Source of the DNA: Selaginella moellendorffii
Lineage: Eukaryota > Plantae > Lycopodiophyta
NCBI RefSeq assembly: GCF_000143415.4
Contig: NW_003314280.1
Span: forward strand, 1,655,443-1,719,442
Length of the DNA stretch: 64,000 nucleotides
Direction of reading: 5' to 3'
Positions 49,878 through 61,937 of this stretch are shown piece after piece (position 1 is the first letter of the stretch; every line of letters starts with the position of its first letter). The notes under the pieces are model-generated. The model was not told where the DNA came from. It did not search any database and saw only the letters and a program-made list of their open reading frames with translations. The position numbers and the translations under genes were made by a program.

Positions 49878-50214
49878 CGCAAGTCTAAGTACATCACATC
49901 TGCAACAAAAGAAGCCATCTGGCTTAAGATGTTACTGTAGAGCCTAGGGATACAAATTTCAATAGTTATGTTGGCAATAGCATTCACTCATGCACCAAAC
50001 ACAATGGAACCATCAACTTGGAATTTTGCTTCAACCACCTCAATGGTTGCTGATATCCTGACAAAGTCCCTACCCCAAGTGAAACATGAAGTCTTCCTCA
50101 AATCTCTCCATTTGACTGACAGTGCAAGCCTTGAGGAGGAGTGTGGAGATAAGTGAGAAGAAGTCTCCATATCAGCAAATTGTATATGTGTGTTCTTATG
50201 TGCGGAATGCTCTG

Positions 50215-50314
50215 NNNNNNNNNNNNNNNNNNNNNNNNNNNNNNNNNNNNNNNNNNNNNNNNNNNNNNNNNNNNNNNNNNNNNNNNNNNNNNNNNNNNNN
50301 NNNNNNNNNNNNNN
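50215..50314. other. Assembly gap (100 N, size likely unknown)
   Basis: Run of N. Confidence 1.
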
Positions 50315-53300
50315 CTTGCATCCCAAGTCACGCTATTGTCACATATTGTCGCAGTAGACTGTAAGGGCTGGAATTTGAAGCCCAAGGCCTTGAGAGCAAC
50401 GTTTTTAAGCCAGATGGCCTCTTTCACTGCTAATGCAGCTACAATGTATTCAGATTTGCATGAGGACATTGCAGTGATCTGTTGCCTCCTGGAACACCAA
50501 CTAACCATGTTATGGTTATACATGAAGACATACTCTGCGGTGGATCTTCTGTCATCTAGATCTCTTGCCCAGTCTGTATCTGTGAATCCCACCAGGCTGT
50601 TGTCTCCATCTCCTCTTGCATATTTCAGTGTGAATTTCCTTGTGCCACTCACATACCTCATGATCTGCTTCACAGTGGCCTAATGTGAGGGTGATGGATT
50701 GTCCAGGAACTTTGAGACTACTCCCACACTGAATGCAAGACTAGGCCTAGTTGAGACCATCAACTAGATGAGGCTCCCGACCACTGAACAATATAGTGTT
50801 GTGGTCTCCTCCTCAGAAGTGTCATCTAAGGTTGATGTCAAACTAAAAGCCTTGGACAACTTTGAGCCTGCTTCCATAGGAGTAGCCACCGGGTTAGCAT
50901 TAACCATAGAGTACCTCTGGAGAATGTCATGGATGTATTTCTCCTGGGAGAGCTCAAGTACTCCACATTGCCTATCTCGGAAGACTTGAATTCCCAGATA
51001 GTAGTGCAAATTTCCCAGATCGGTCATCTCAATTTAGCAATGAGAGAGGCCTTGATGCAGTGGATGAGTCACATCTAGTTGGAGGCTAATATTGTATTGT
51101 CCATATATAAGGCTAAGAATAGAAATCCTTGGCCATCTCGATATATGTAGAGATTATTATCAGCCGTGCTGCGAGTAAAGCCCAACGAGGTCAGAAAGCT
51201 GTTAATTTTAGTGTACCATGACCTGGGGCTTTGTTTTAGCCCGTAGAGAGCTTTGTGTAAGCAGCAAACGAGATGCTCCTATCCGGGACGTATAAACCCA
51301 AGAAAGCAGTTCTCACATCAAGTTGATGGAGCTCCAGGTCGAGCTCAGCTGCAAGGCTCATCAAAAAATAAATTGTCATTAGCTTTACAATAGGGTTATA
51401 AGTTTCAAAGTAATCAACTCTCGAGATCTAAGAGAAACCATGAGCTACAAACCATGCCTTGTGGCATTCGATGCTGCCATCAGCTTGATATTTCTTCTTG
51501 AACAGCCACTTGGCTGTGACTGCCTTCCTGCCAAGAGGGAGGGGGACCAATGTCTAGGTTCCATTCTTGATCAGTGAGTCATACTCATCCTGCATGGCTG
51601 CTTGCCATTGTGAGGCATCAGAACTAGAGAGAGCAGCTTGGTAGCCATGAGGTTTAGCAATGGAGCTCATGGCCTAGTAGAATCCCTTCTTGCATGGAGC
51701 TTGAGCAAGAGATTCAAGAGCTCTGATCGTTGGCTTGCTCACACATCTTGAATGGGTAACAGCTCCAATCTCTTGATGAGGTGGCAGTGTCATAAGAGGA
51801 TCTGGAGGAGGTGAACGCGAAGATCCTCCAACCATTTCTTCACCAACGAACAGCTCGTCCACAGTAGCAACAAGATTTTGCTCACTAAATGAAGTAATGT
51901 CGCTGCTAGTAACCATCGAAGTGACCAGAGGAACTAGTAGCAGTGGAGTTGGTGGAGAAGGCATACCATCACCAAGTGGAGAAGGTGTTCCTCCTCTTGG
52001 AACGAGCAACCTCTGGACTGCTGGTGCTGGTGGGTGGGTGAACTCGTCTTCCAGCACTAAGGTCCACCAAGTTAAAACTTGAAGGAATAGTACCTCAAAT
52101 GTGGCAATAAAGCTCTTGCTCATTGAAAGAGACATCTCAACTGACCATGAGCTTCTTGAGAGCAAGATTATAGAGGCAGTAGGCCTTAGAATGAGCATGA
52201 TAGCCCACAAAGATGGTCTTCTGGCTCTTAGGATCCAGCTTCTACCGAGTCGCATCTGGAATGTGAGCATACACTGTGCAACCGAAGACCCTCAAGTGCC
52301 CTAATTGAGGATGCTTCCTAGTCCAAGCTTGATAAGGAACCACACCAATGCTCCTTGTGGGAAGGCGGTTACGAATGTAAACAGCTGTGTTAATTGCTTC
52401 ACCCCAAAAAGAGTTGGGTATGCTTGCCTGCTAGAGAAGGCAACAAACAGTCTCTAGCAGAGTGTGATTGAGGCGCTCTACCATGCCATTTTGTTGAGGA
52501 GTATGGGCTATTGTGTACTGGTGAATGATGCTAGCCTTATCCAGAAAGTTGAGAAACTCTCTTTTAGGTACTCTCCACCACCATCCATGCATAACACATT
52601 AATCTTTCAGCCAGTAGATGTCTTTGCCAGCTCTTAAAAAGCTTAAAGTGGTTGAACACTTTGCTCTTGGCATGGAGAAGGTTCACCACAATGTATCTGG
52701 AATGGTCATCAATAAAAGACATAAAGTACCTCTTGCGGCTGAGTGTTTCCACGGGCAAGTAGCACATGTCATTGTGAACTAGATCTAGTGAGCTTGTAGC
52801 TTGGTCCTCCATGGTTCTTGATGGAAAAGGAAGGCAAATTTGCTTCCCAAGATGGCAAGTTTCACACACGCCCAGATGGCCAGTTGGGAGTGTGATGCCT
52901 TTAGCATGCTAGTTACAAGCTAAGGCATGCAAATCTTGTTCATTGACATGCCCCAGATGAGCATGCTAAAGCTCAATGGTGTATTGTGCTCAGAAAGCAA
53001 GCACTTGAGCTAGAAAAACCAATTCTATGTTTAAACAATAAAGTGTTTCATACCTCATGCCATTAGCTACAGGAGTACCATCACAACCATGGATGGTGCA
53101 CCCTTTTGGGAAGAAGGTAGTAAATCTTTGATCTGATGTTGCACCTATAGAAAGAACCATCTGCCCTGCTTCAGGTACAAAGTGCATGTGATGAACCTCC
53201 TTAAGAGGACTATTGGGTAGCCTGATCACCACCATGCCATGACCTTCCACCTAGAGTGGTCGCTTGTCACTGACATAGACCTGTTGTGGAGCTTGAAGAG

Positions 53301-54707
53301 CCTTGTAAGTGTGAAATGCAGACCTTAAAGGAGTCATGTGAAAGGAGGCACCACTATCCAACCATAGAACCTCAAGAGCAGACACCGGTGACGGGTAAAG
53401 AGCCATCATCAACAATGAGTTGCTCTGGGTAAGCATGCGCTAGGTGGTAGCCTTCTTTGCATGACACTCACGCTCAACATGCCCCATCTTTCCACAATAG
53501 TTGCAAGGACCTTTTTTCTTCTTGGAGAAGTTAGATCTAAGGCTAGGAGTTGTAGTAGAAGAGATACGAAGCCCACGGCTAGTGCTTCCTTTCCTCTGCT
53601 CCCCACTCGATTGTTTCTTACCAAGAAACAAGGCCTACTCATGAGAAGCCTAAGGGGATCCTTGATGGCCAGCTTGATGCTCAACGATCTTGCGCTCTTC
53701 CTTGAGCAGATCAGAGTAGAGCTCCTCCATGGTTTTGCCTGGGACAAAAGAGAGCATGGAGGACGATTGTTGCAACTCTAGGGATACAGAGTAGAGCAAG
53801 AAGGCTTTTGTATAGTCATCAGAAATTGCAGCACCTACTCCCTTCAGCTGCTGCACTAAGCCCTTGAGCTTCCCAATGTATGTTGCCATGTGTAGGGAGA
53901 AAATTTTTTGGGTCAGAACCAATTTAGCATTAGTAGCTTTGGCTGCAAAAACTTGGGAAAGAGAGTCTCAATTGGCCTTGGCAGATTTTTCTAGATCAAG
54001 GAGATGAATAAATTCATCTCCAAGACCCAGTCCAATCACGGAAAGTGCTTTGTGGTTCTTGGAGTCCTAGGTAGCCTACAAGGCTACTTCTATATTTTGA
54101 GGTCTCACTTTGGTTCCCTCCACCAAATCCCAACAATCTTTTGCCATTAAAATTAATTGGACTTTGGTCTTCCAAGTTGTGAAGTTCTCACCCGTGAACT
54201 TCTAGAGTAGCTTCTCCCATCTTGCATCCCAGTTGCCAGCTGGGGTGGCTATGGTGCTCGCTAGGGTGGTTCTAGATGTAGTGCGAGGTGGAGTACTGGT
54301 AACCATTAGTTTCTAGAAGAAAGGACAAAACAGCGGAGTAAGCTAGAAGCAAGGAGGGGGAGGAGGCGGTGGGAATCACTAGAAGGGACACCCACACACT
54401 GTGCACACAGAGCGACAATTAGGGTAGAGGCACAGATGGACATCACGTTGCACTCGCTTGTGTTCTTGAATCCGTCGTTCCACCCTAGCAAGGACTGTGA
54501 GAGCCCTAGCGTGGTCCTACTCGTCGTTGCCAATGTTTCGCCATCAGGATCGAAACAAACCCAATACCATGTAGATGTGTGTTTAATGCTCTGTTGACTT
54601 CATTGCTTTGGTATAATGGTATGGGTGTGACACTTGGCGGTTGGTGTCTTGGATGAATGACTTGTCTTCTTTGCTGACGTGGAGACTTGTCATCACTTGT
54701 CTCCACA
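50315..54707 (-). mobile_element. Degraded Ty1/copia 'E' (same family as D): 5' LTR 54570-54707, PBS, gag CCHC, PR, IN, RT, RH
   Basis: CNYCGKMGHVEREC, WLDSGASFHMT, CETCHLGKQ, MTDLGNLHYYLGI, GFTDTDWA. TGGTATT follows the LTR. Confidence 0.92.
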
Positions 54708-55346
54708 CAAACAAACCAAGTCATCTATCCAATGCCAAACATCACACCCATACCATTATGTATATAATCATACCAAAGCAATGAAATCAACAAAGCATTC
54801 CACACACAAAAATCCAGACATCTACATATACTTCATTTTTGCAACAGACCCTCCTTGGCAAGATGATTTGGCAGCATCCTAGTGGATGTTATGCTTTATG
54901 CTGACAAGCACCCAATGTCCCTGTTCCTCCTAGACAAGGCTTGTAAAGAGCATGTTGAAGACGAATTCTTCAGCAAGAAGAGATGTTTGGGCATTTCTCT
55001 ACTGGATCTGGAGACGGGAAATGAACTCTACATGACAGCCAAACTGGAAAGCCCGGAGAAGTACCTGGACGAAAATAGAGACTGGGAAATGGTCCTGCTT
55101 ACCTTCAGGACAGCTGAGCCCTTTGAATGCATCCGAGACTACATCAAGAACAGGTATGCAGAGGATGTAGAGAAGCTTAGAGATCCCGCATCTGTGTTCA
55201 AGGGCTATGTTCACAATGGATCTTTTTGCACCAACTCGGTACATCGTGAAGCAGCTTTAGAGCGCTTGAAGGGCATAGTTGTTAAGATTAGATGCTCAGC
55301 TAGGCAGTTAGGATGATGTGGCATTAGGCAGTTGCCCATGTATATA

Positions 55347-55394
55347 CTAGAATTTATGTGGGCTTCCCCTGCAGGTTCGAATCCTGCCATCCAC
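55347..55394 (+). pseudogene. 3' half of a tRNA-Ser(AGA) gene
   Basis: CTAGAA anticodon loop, long variable arm, GCAGGTTCGAATCCTGC T-arm, acceptor-like CATCCAC, T-rich tail. 5' half absent. Confidence 0.75.
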
Positions 55395-55425
55395 AGCCTT
55401 GATTTTCTTCATTTTCTTTTTTCTC

Positions 55426-56247
55426 ATGGAGAAAGAAGAAGCGATCCTACTCAAAGGTCTCTTTCCTGGACCCCTACCTCTTCGTTTGGATCCTGGCTGT
55501 GATGGTCTCGGCTGTTCTGCTCGGATACTACGGCATGAGAGAGGCGTTCCAAGTCGCAAACATCGCCTCTGTCTCGCTCCCAATCGCTGTTGGCCGGTTT
55601 ACTTAAGCAAACCTGTAGGTAGCATAACAAACACGTGTGGGTGATGATCCAGTCCTGTGCAGGGTCCGCTACAAGCTCCTGGGAAAGATGCTCGCCGATG
55701 ACGCTCTGCTCAAGAGCCTGGCGCTGAGTTTCCTCCTCAACTGGCTGAGCTCATGACAGGCCTGGCCTGGGCTCCAGACTTGCCAGGATACAGGAGGGGG
55801 TATCATACCTCCTGTATCCAGCTGCACAGTCATGGTTCTGGTTTGAAACGTTCTCGCAAAGGGTGATCCATCCTCGTACTTTCAACTGCTCCAGATCCTC
55901 CTCTACAGAACACTCCCACTCTTCTTCCTCGGGGACACGGGGATTAACATGGAAGTCGCCAAGAGCGTGCTTTTGTTCCACTGGTGGTAGGGATGATCAC
56001 ACATGGACTTTTGTGCTCCAGAGGTGTCAGACCCTTCGTGCTGCTGGGTTTGTGCTACACCATCTTCGTCATGTTCTTTCTCCAGGCGCACCACCTGGGC
56101 TTGGGGAATCTGGAGGCGAAGGTGGCGGTGCCTCTGGCGATTTACTTTGGAGTCGTGTTTGCCACGACTGTGGGGCTGCCTGCTGATGCCATGGGACCCC
56201 TCCTGGAGGTTCCCATTAGCTTTGTATTGAAGGGACACATTTACTAA
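55426..56247 (+). pseudogene. Disrupted membrane-protein gene, possibly cation/H+ antiporter (CHX/CPA2)-like
   Basis: Hydrophobic segments, TLPLFFLGDTGIN, VGMITHGLL. Stops and frameshifts. Confidence 0.4.
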
Positions 56248-59200
56248 TCTCTGGAGCACTTTAGCATCCTGAGTATCTCAAAGTTGTGGAGATGGGAAGG
56301 CAAATATGCGATGACTACTTCGTGCTCGATTGGGAGTAAAATATTAAGTCCCATTCAACAAAAAGCACTTAGGCTTCATCATCAAAAACACTAAAAACAG
56401 AAAAGTAACGGCTAATTCTCATGTTAAACATTTACTACATTATCCAAATTTGCATGATGTAATTTAGCTAATATTTATTGGTTCAAAGCTGTAAGTAGTG
56501 GATATATCTAAAATATGCTTAGATATTCTAGAATATTCTACCATCTAACACTTAGATTAAATTTGTATTTATAATTTATAAACATGTTTATAATTTTTAA
56601 ACTTTCTTAAACCCTTTCTAGTATATTATTTTTTATTCTATCATCTAATGGTTGATATGCAATAAGTAAATTACAAACATGTTTATAATTATAAACTTTA
56701 TTTATCAATTGGATTAATAAGTAATAATAAAACTACTATTAAGCAAACCAAGCATTTATATATGCAATGTGTAGTAATTTATTTTAAATACTCAGATATA
56801 TATTACCAGGATGTGGTTCATTCCAACAGCATTGACACAGCACCTCAAATTTGAATTGCGAATCAGCAACAACAACAGGGGCTGTCTTGCTATTTCATAA
56901 ACCCTAGAAAAACATTACAAAACAAAAACAATTCAGTCAATATGTGACAGGCACAATCATGAAACACTTTGCATGCACCATGTATTGTAGCACCTTTTTC
57001 TCAAGCCCCACTCAGCTTTGGCTACTTCCCATTGGCCGAGAGCAAACATCAGCATGATTATTTGCTAACACGTGGTTAAAAAAATAACCCCTTCCCATTG
57101 GATGGCTGTGATTGGTTGGATCTGGCAGCCCAGAAAGTTCAGCAACTCCTCCTTATTATAATAGATAGCTTCATATATACATTATGAGCAGTTGTTACTA
57201 GCAGTTGTTGCCTATTTTTATCATGGTATCAGAGCAGTTAGACTCCTTGATCCTGGGCATGGCACTTGCTAGCCAAGAGGCCAGTGACAAGGAGGAGGAT
57301 GAGCCTCATAATTGCAATCTTTTTTTGCAATGCTTGAAGCTTTTGTTGGATGCACTAGATGCTTGAGGCATTGCATCAAGGCACCAGGCCATGCAAAAGC
57401 ACTGAGCAGCAAGTAGTGGCAAGCAGAGCATAAAGCCAGTGTGAGATTGAGAGATTTCAGCAACCCACATCAAAAATTGGATCAAGCAAGATTCAAAAAC
57501 ATTGCATAACAATTCTTTGTAGGAATTTCCAGCAATTGGGAAGGATGCTTATGGGGATTCAAATGCCTAGTAGCAGTAGAAGTGGAAGCCTGGTAGTTCA
57601 TAGCTAAGACCACATGCTAGTGGCAAGATTGAAGCCATAACAAGGAACAAAGAGTGTGCAAGCAAGTCCAAGATCAAAAACCAAGTTTTGGGTAGTTGAT
57701 TGATGAGTTTTTCATATGCTTTTTTCATCAACTCTCCATACTCATCATTTTAGATTAGCTAGGCACGATTCAAGTTTAGATTCAAGCTTGGATCAGCCAC
57801 CTGATGTGAGTGGGAGTAGTAGAGATGATGTGGCATGTAATTATGCCCATGTGGCAGTAGTTTCATGTATATGTATACAGTTGAATACAGAGAGAGAAAG
57901 TTCTTCCTCCTCATGTGCATCTCTCCACTGCTAACATGGTATTAGAGCGCTCCAGGAATGGAGCACAGATCTTGAGGACCTGTGAAGGATGAAGAAGAAG
58001 AAGAAGCTTCCAGATGCCAACAGCAAAAGCAAAGTAGCCTAGAGAGCAGCAACAAAGAAATGGCAGAGCCAGGAGTGGCAGATAGCAGACTCAGAAGCCC
58101 TGGAGCAGCAGAAGATGCTGATATGCTCCACGAGAGGAGCAGCAGAGCAGTGACTCGGCAGGCCGAGAAGCAGAACGGCGGCAGGAGTGGCCAAGATGCT
58201 CAAAGAGAGGAGCAGCAGCAGCCAAGTGAGCAGTGACAGATAGCAGCGGCAGAGTTGGCTGAGAAGTCCAGCAGTGGCAAAAGAGCTCCAAGAGAGGAGC
58301 AGCAACAGCCAAAGGAGCGATGGCAAAGCAGCCAAGAGTGGCAGAGGCAGCAAGCCCTAGAGCAACAAGATGTAGTTGCTTTGAGTGGGAGTCAGTGGAG
58401 TACCACCAGAGTTTTTTCTTTTTGCAGTTTTTCTCATCAGTTGTATGCATGCTAACCATCTTATGTTCAGGCTTTGTCTTAGTTTGTAGACATGCCTGAG
58501 TGGGAGTGTTGAGATTAGATGCTCAGGTAGATGCTTAGCTAGGCAGTTAGGATGATGTGGCATTAGGCAGTTGCCACAAATATGAGCAGTCGTTGCCAGT
58601 TGTCGCTGCCTTTTTTTTATCAACAGTCTATCGCTCATCAGAGCTCAAGGTCAACCTCGTGAACAAACTCAAGAAAAGATATGTGATTTGGCCGGAAGTG
58701 GGTTGGAGAGGCTATCCAGGCTACCGGTTTGAACTTCCAAGGGCAACAAATCGGAGTGTTCCAGCTGAAAGCTTTAAAGGGTGAACCAGCATTATCAGGC
58801 CAGATAACTGGAAGCCGCACCAGGCAGTATGTTGCCCGGGAAGTACTCGTTCAAGTATGTGGATCGCGTGTTAGCGTGGGTAAACGAGCAGCGAGTGTTA
58901 CGTATCCTTGCACTCCAGGTCACTGTTAGTCCGGAAACACACAAGAAGACAGAGTACAAGTTTGTGATGCAAGATGGTATACTGGACATTGTGTGGTGCA
59001 CTATGTGTACATCTGCCCAGCCCCGAGTGCAGAGGAAGGCAAAGTAGCGTACACGACGCATGAGCTTGAGCTGGGCCAATACTTTACCAACCTTGGACAG
59101 GATGAAATCTACATGCTTAAGGAACTGGGCAACCTAAGGAGTGTGCCAGTGGGGCTATCAAGCTAGTCTTAAAGACCCTTCCCCATGAGAAGCAGAAAGT

Positions 59201-59712
59201 CTTGAAAAAGGCCAAGGAACAACCCAGCGGAGCCAGGGCATGGCTGGAAAACGAGTGTCGTACCAAGCGCAAGTATGGTATTCGGGATCCTTCTCGGAAA
59301 CAGTACCCAAATGTGTATTCCCTCCTCCAGGCAATGACCGTCTAGTTTTGATACTTGAATCATTGTTTGAGCCACTATTGCAGTGTTGGTGTGCAGGCAT
59401 ACATAGTTTTTTTTTAATTTTATTTTGGAGACCTTTTCATTGTGTTAGTACGTACTGGTGTGAAAACTTGGTGCATCACTTTGTGGGATGTTGTTCGTCA
59501 GCAAGGAACTTTGTTGTTATTTAGTCTGAACTTTGATGTCGTCAGCAAGACAATTGCATACGCAAAAATAAAGTTGATGGAACATCAAGCAACCTCAATC
59601 AAACACAAGTTTTTCTTATAAAAGAGCGGTTTGCTTCTTGCTCCATTGTTTACTAAGAGGTTACTGATCACTCTTGTGTGGGAGAGCCGTGGTCAAACTT
59701 TAGGGCCATTTG

Positions 59713-61023
59713 ATGGACAGCGAGAAGGTGTGTGTCACTGGCGCTTCTGGTTTCCTGGCATCTTGGCTCGTGAAGCGGCTATTGGAGGAGGGATATTACG
59801 TCGTCGGGACTGTGCGCGATCCAGGTACATAGAAACGAAGGGAAACCCCCCATTCTCTTGTTTGTGATATAGATGATGCGAGCAAGACTTCCCACCTGTG
59901 GGAGCTTCTGGGGGCGAGAGAGAGGCTGGAGCTCAAGAAGGCCGACCTTGTCACGCCAGGCGCCTTTGACGATATTGTTCAAGGCTGCCATGGAGTTTTC
60001 CATATCGCGGCTGCCGTGACTAACCGGTACAAGGAGGATCCACTGGTAACTTCGCTTGACTCCATCGATTCAACAGCTCTCTGGCAGCTTCGGTCTAGTC
60101 TTGTATCTCGAACTTTTACTGTCTCCTTTTTCTTGTTCTTTGGTTCTTCTTCCAGACCGAGATTGTTGATCCATGCGTGCTTGGAACTCTGAACGTGCTT
60201 AATGCCTGCAAACGATCCACAACAGTCAAGCGAGTGGTGTGCACGTCATCCGTGGCTGCTGTTAGCGCGAGGAACGACTTCAAGCCCGATGACGTCTTGG
60301 ATGAATCGGTTTGGAGCGCCCCGGACTTCTGTCGGGAGATCGAGGTAAGTTTCTTATTTCCATGAGCAAAGATTCTTACAAGTTTCTCAAGTCTAGATGT
60401 GGTATGGTCTGGGGAAGACTCTATCCGAGCAAGCAGCACTCGAGTTTGGGAAAGAAAACGGCTTAGATGTGATCACAATCGCGCCCAGCTTAATCGTTGG
60501 AGAACTACTCTCGTCCAGGGCCACCGCAAGCGTTGCCGATATTGTCCTACAGCTCCAAGGTAAAGCCTTAATTACAATCTCGGAAGAAAAACAAAATGAT
60601 TTCAGATTCCATGCAGGAGCCAAGCAGTGGTTCAATTACGCTGGATACGTCCATCTCGACGACGTTGCTCAAGCTCACCTCCTCGCTTATACAAATCCCA
60701 AAGCCAGTGGAAGATACGTTTGTTCTGCGATCAACATGAGTACTATTGACCTCGCCAGCTTCTTGTCCAAGCGGTATCCCAAGCACCAAATCGCCTCCAC
60801 CGACGAGTAAGATCACGCAAAAAAAAGCTTTGTTTTCTGTCGCTGTTTTATTCTCATTCCTTTGCTTTCTTGCAGGATCGAGGTCGTCTCTCTGGCAGAG
60901 TTCAAGGGATTCAGCTCCAGAAAGCTTCAAGATGAGCTTGGGCTCCAATTCAAGTCTCTGGAGCAAATGTTTGACGATTGCATTGCGAGCTTGGAGCGCA
61001 AAGGCCTCTTAACTTTGAGTTAG
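59713..61023 (+). CDS. TKPR1/DFR-like reductase copy 2, apparently intact, 6 exons
   Basis: Same exon structure as copy 1, all GT-AG. NADPH-binding and YxxxK motifs intact. Confidence 0.88.
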
Positions 61024-61937
61024 TAGTTTACTGCAACTCAAATAACACGAACACACTTCTTCTCCTTGAATAAAATCTCTCTGATTTGATCCAAGAATTA
61101 AAACAAAGAAGATAAAAGTGGACGAGTATAATATCTCTCTCTGTCTGAATTCTTCCTGCAAGAAAAAAAAATGCTCCAACTTTTACATTTGAAGTTTTTG
61201 CTGGATGCTCTCCACGTGCACAACTTTCTGGGCGATCCATCAAAGGCCAATTTCTGCAGATTCGTACAGGTCTTAGAGGAACGACTGCATGGCTACGGAC
61301 TCTATATTTATCTATCTCAAACAACTTTACAAGTACTATGAAAATCATTAGCATTATTATTTGGCTTGGGTTGGGTATTGGATTTTCAAGGGTAAGTTGC
61401 CAACAGACCGTTGGCATTACCCTTGTTTGCTCTCTGAATTTGGTGCTGACCCGTCACTTAGCCAACTTAGGTGGTTTGAGGCAAAGGCTCTTCTTCTTTG
61501 AAGTCTCGGGTCTAAATTCAATATCAAACTCTTGCTGTGGTAGAGCATATACTGATTTTGCTCCGTTGATTACTATAACAGACAAGACCTTTGCCGTGTT
61601 GATTGAGGCACTTGACACAGTGGCAGGTAATCTTTCATTCAATTTAGTGAGGAGTTTACTCTTTGCGCTTTTGTAATGTGTGTTTGAGGTCTGCCAAGGA
61701 CAGAAAGGTGGTCCAGCCCGACAATGTGATAGTTATTCCGCATCTGTTATTAGTTACCAGGTAGATGAATCATCCCAGATTTATGTTTTAGCTTTACAGG
61801 TTAATAGACATCATCGCTCAAGCGAAGGGAATGAAAGTTCCATTGCATTGTCCAGCATTGAATACTTAAAAAGCACTGTTTCCCGGTTACTGATAATTCT
61901 TGTGAGAGAGAGCCGTGTTCAACTTTGGGGTCATTCC

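Larger units (their letters stand above)
44795..50214 (+). mobile_element. Deleted, degraded Ty1/copia 'D' (5' LTR 44795-44956; IN/RT remnants to 46096; RH end, PPT and 3' LTR start 49878-50214), interrupted by gypsy A'
   Basis: LDLVHSDMW, LHQLDVRNVFLNG, MVADILTKSL. GAGGAGGAG is followed by TGTGGAGAT, matching the LTR start. Confidence 0.8.
55347..57165 (-). mobile_element. Non-autonomous Helitron carrying captured host DNA
   Basis: Minus strand reads A|TCTATTATAATAAG ... CTAG|T with no TSD. GC-rich hairpins lie just upstream of the 3' end. Excision restores the LTR. Confidence 0.68.
55280..58622 (+). mobile_element. Non-autonomous LTR element (TRIM-like) with short LTRs and two PBS/PPT sets
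   Basis: 5' LTR 55280-55346 + 57166-57224, 3' LTR 58507-58622. PBS TGGTATCAGAGC at 57225 and TGGTATTAGAGC at 57937. PPT GAGTGGGAG at ~57808 and ~58498. TSD ATAGT/ACAGT. Confidence 0.75.
54891..59150 (+). pseudogene. Unknown protein gene split by the 55280-58622 insertion
   Basis: Removing the insert and one TSD copy joins ...REAALERLKG to TVYRSSELKVNLVNKLKK in frame. There are downstream stops and frameshifts. Confidence 0.6.

Noticed and set aside
49878-50700. Tail-to-tail copia D/E as a real giant inverted repeat
   Set aside because: The junction is a 100-N gap, so orientation and distance are unverified.
55340-57180. hAT insertion with an 8-bp TSD (GTATATAC/ATATATAC)
   Set aside because: No terminal inverted repeats; Helitron termini explain the insert better.
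61028-61800. ORFs between reductase copies 2 and 3
   Set aside because: No motif or consistent frame.
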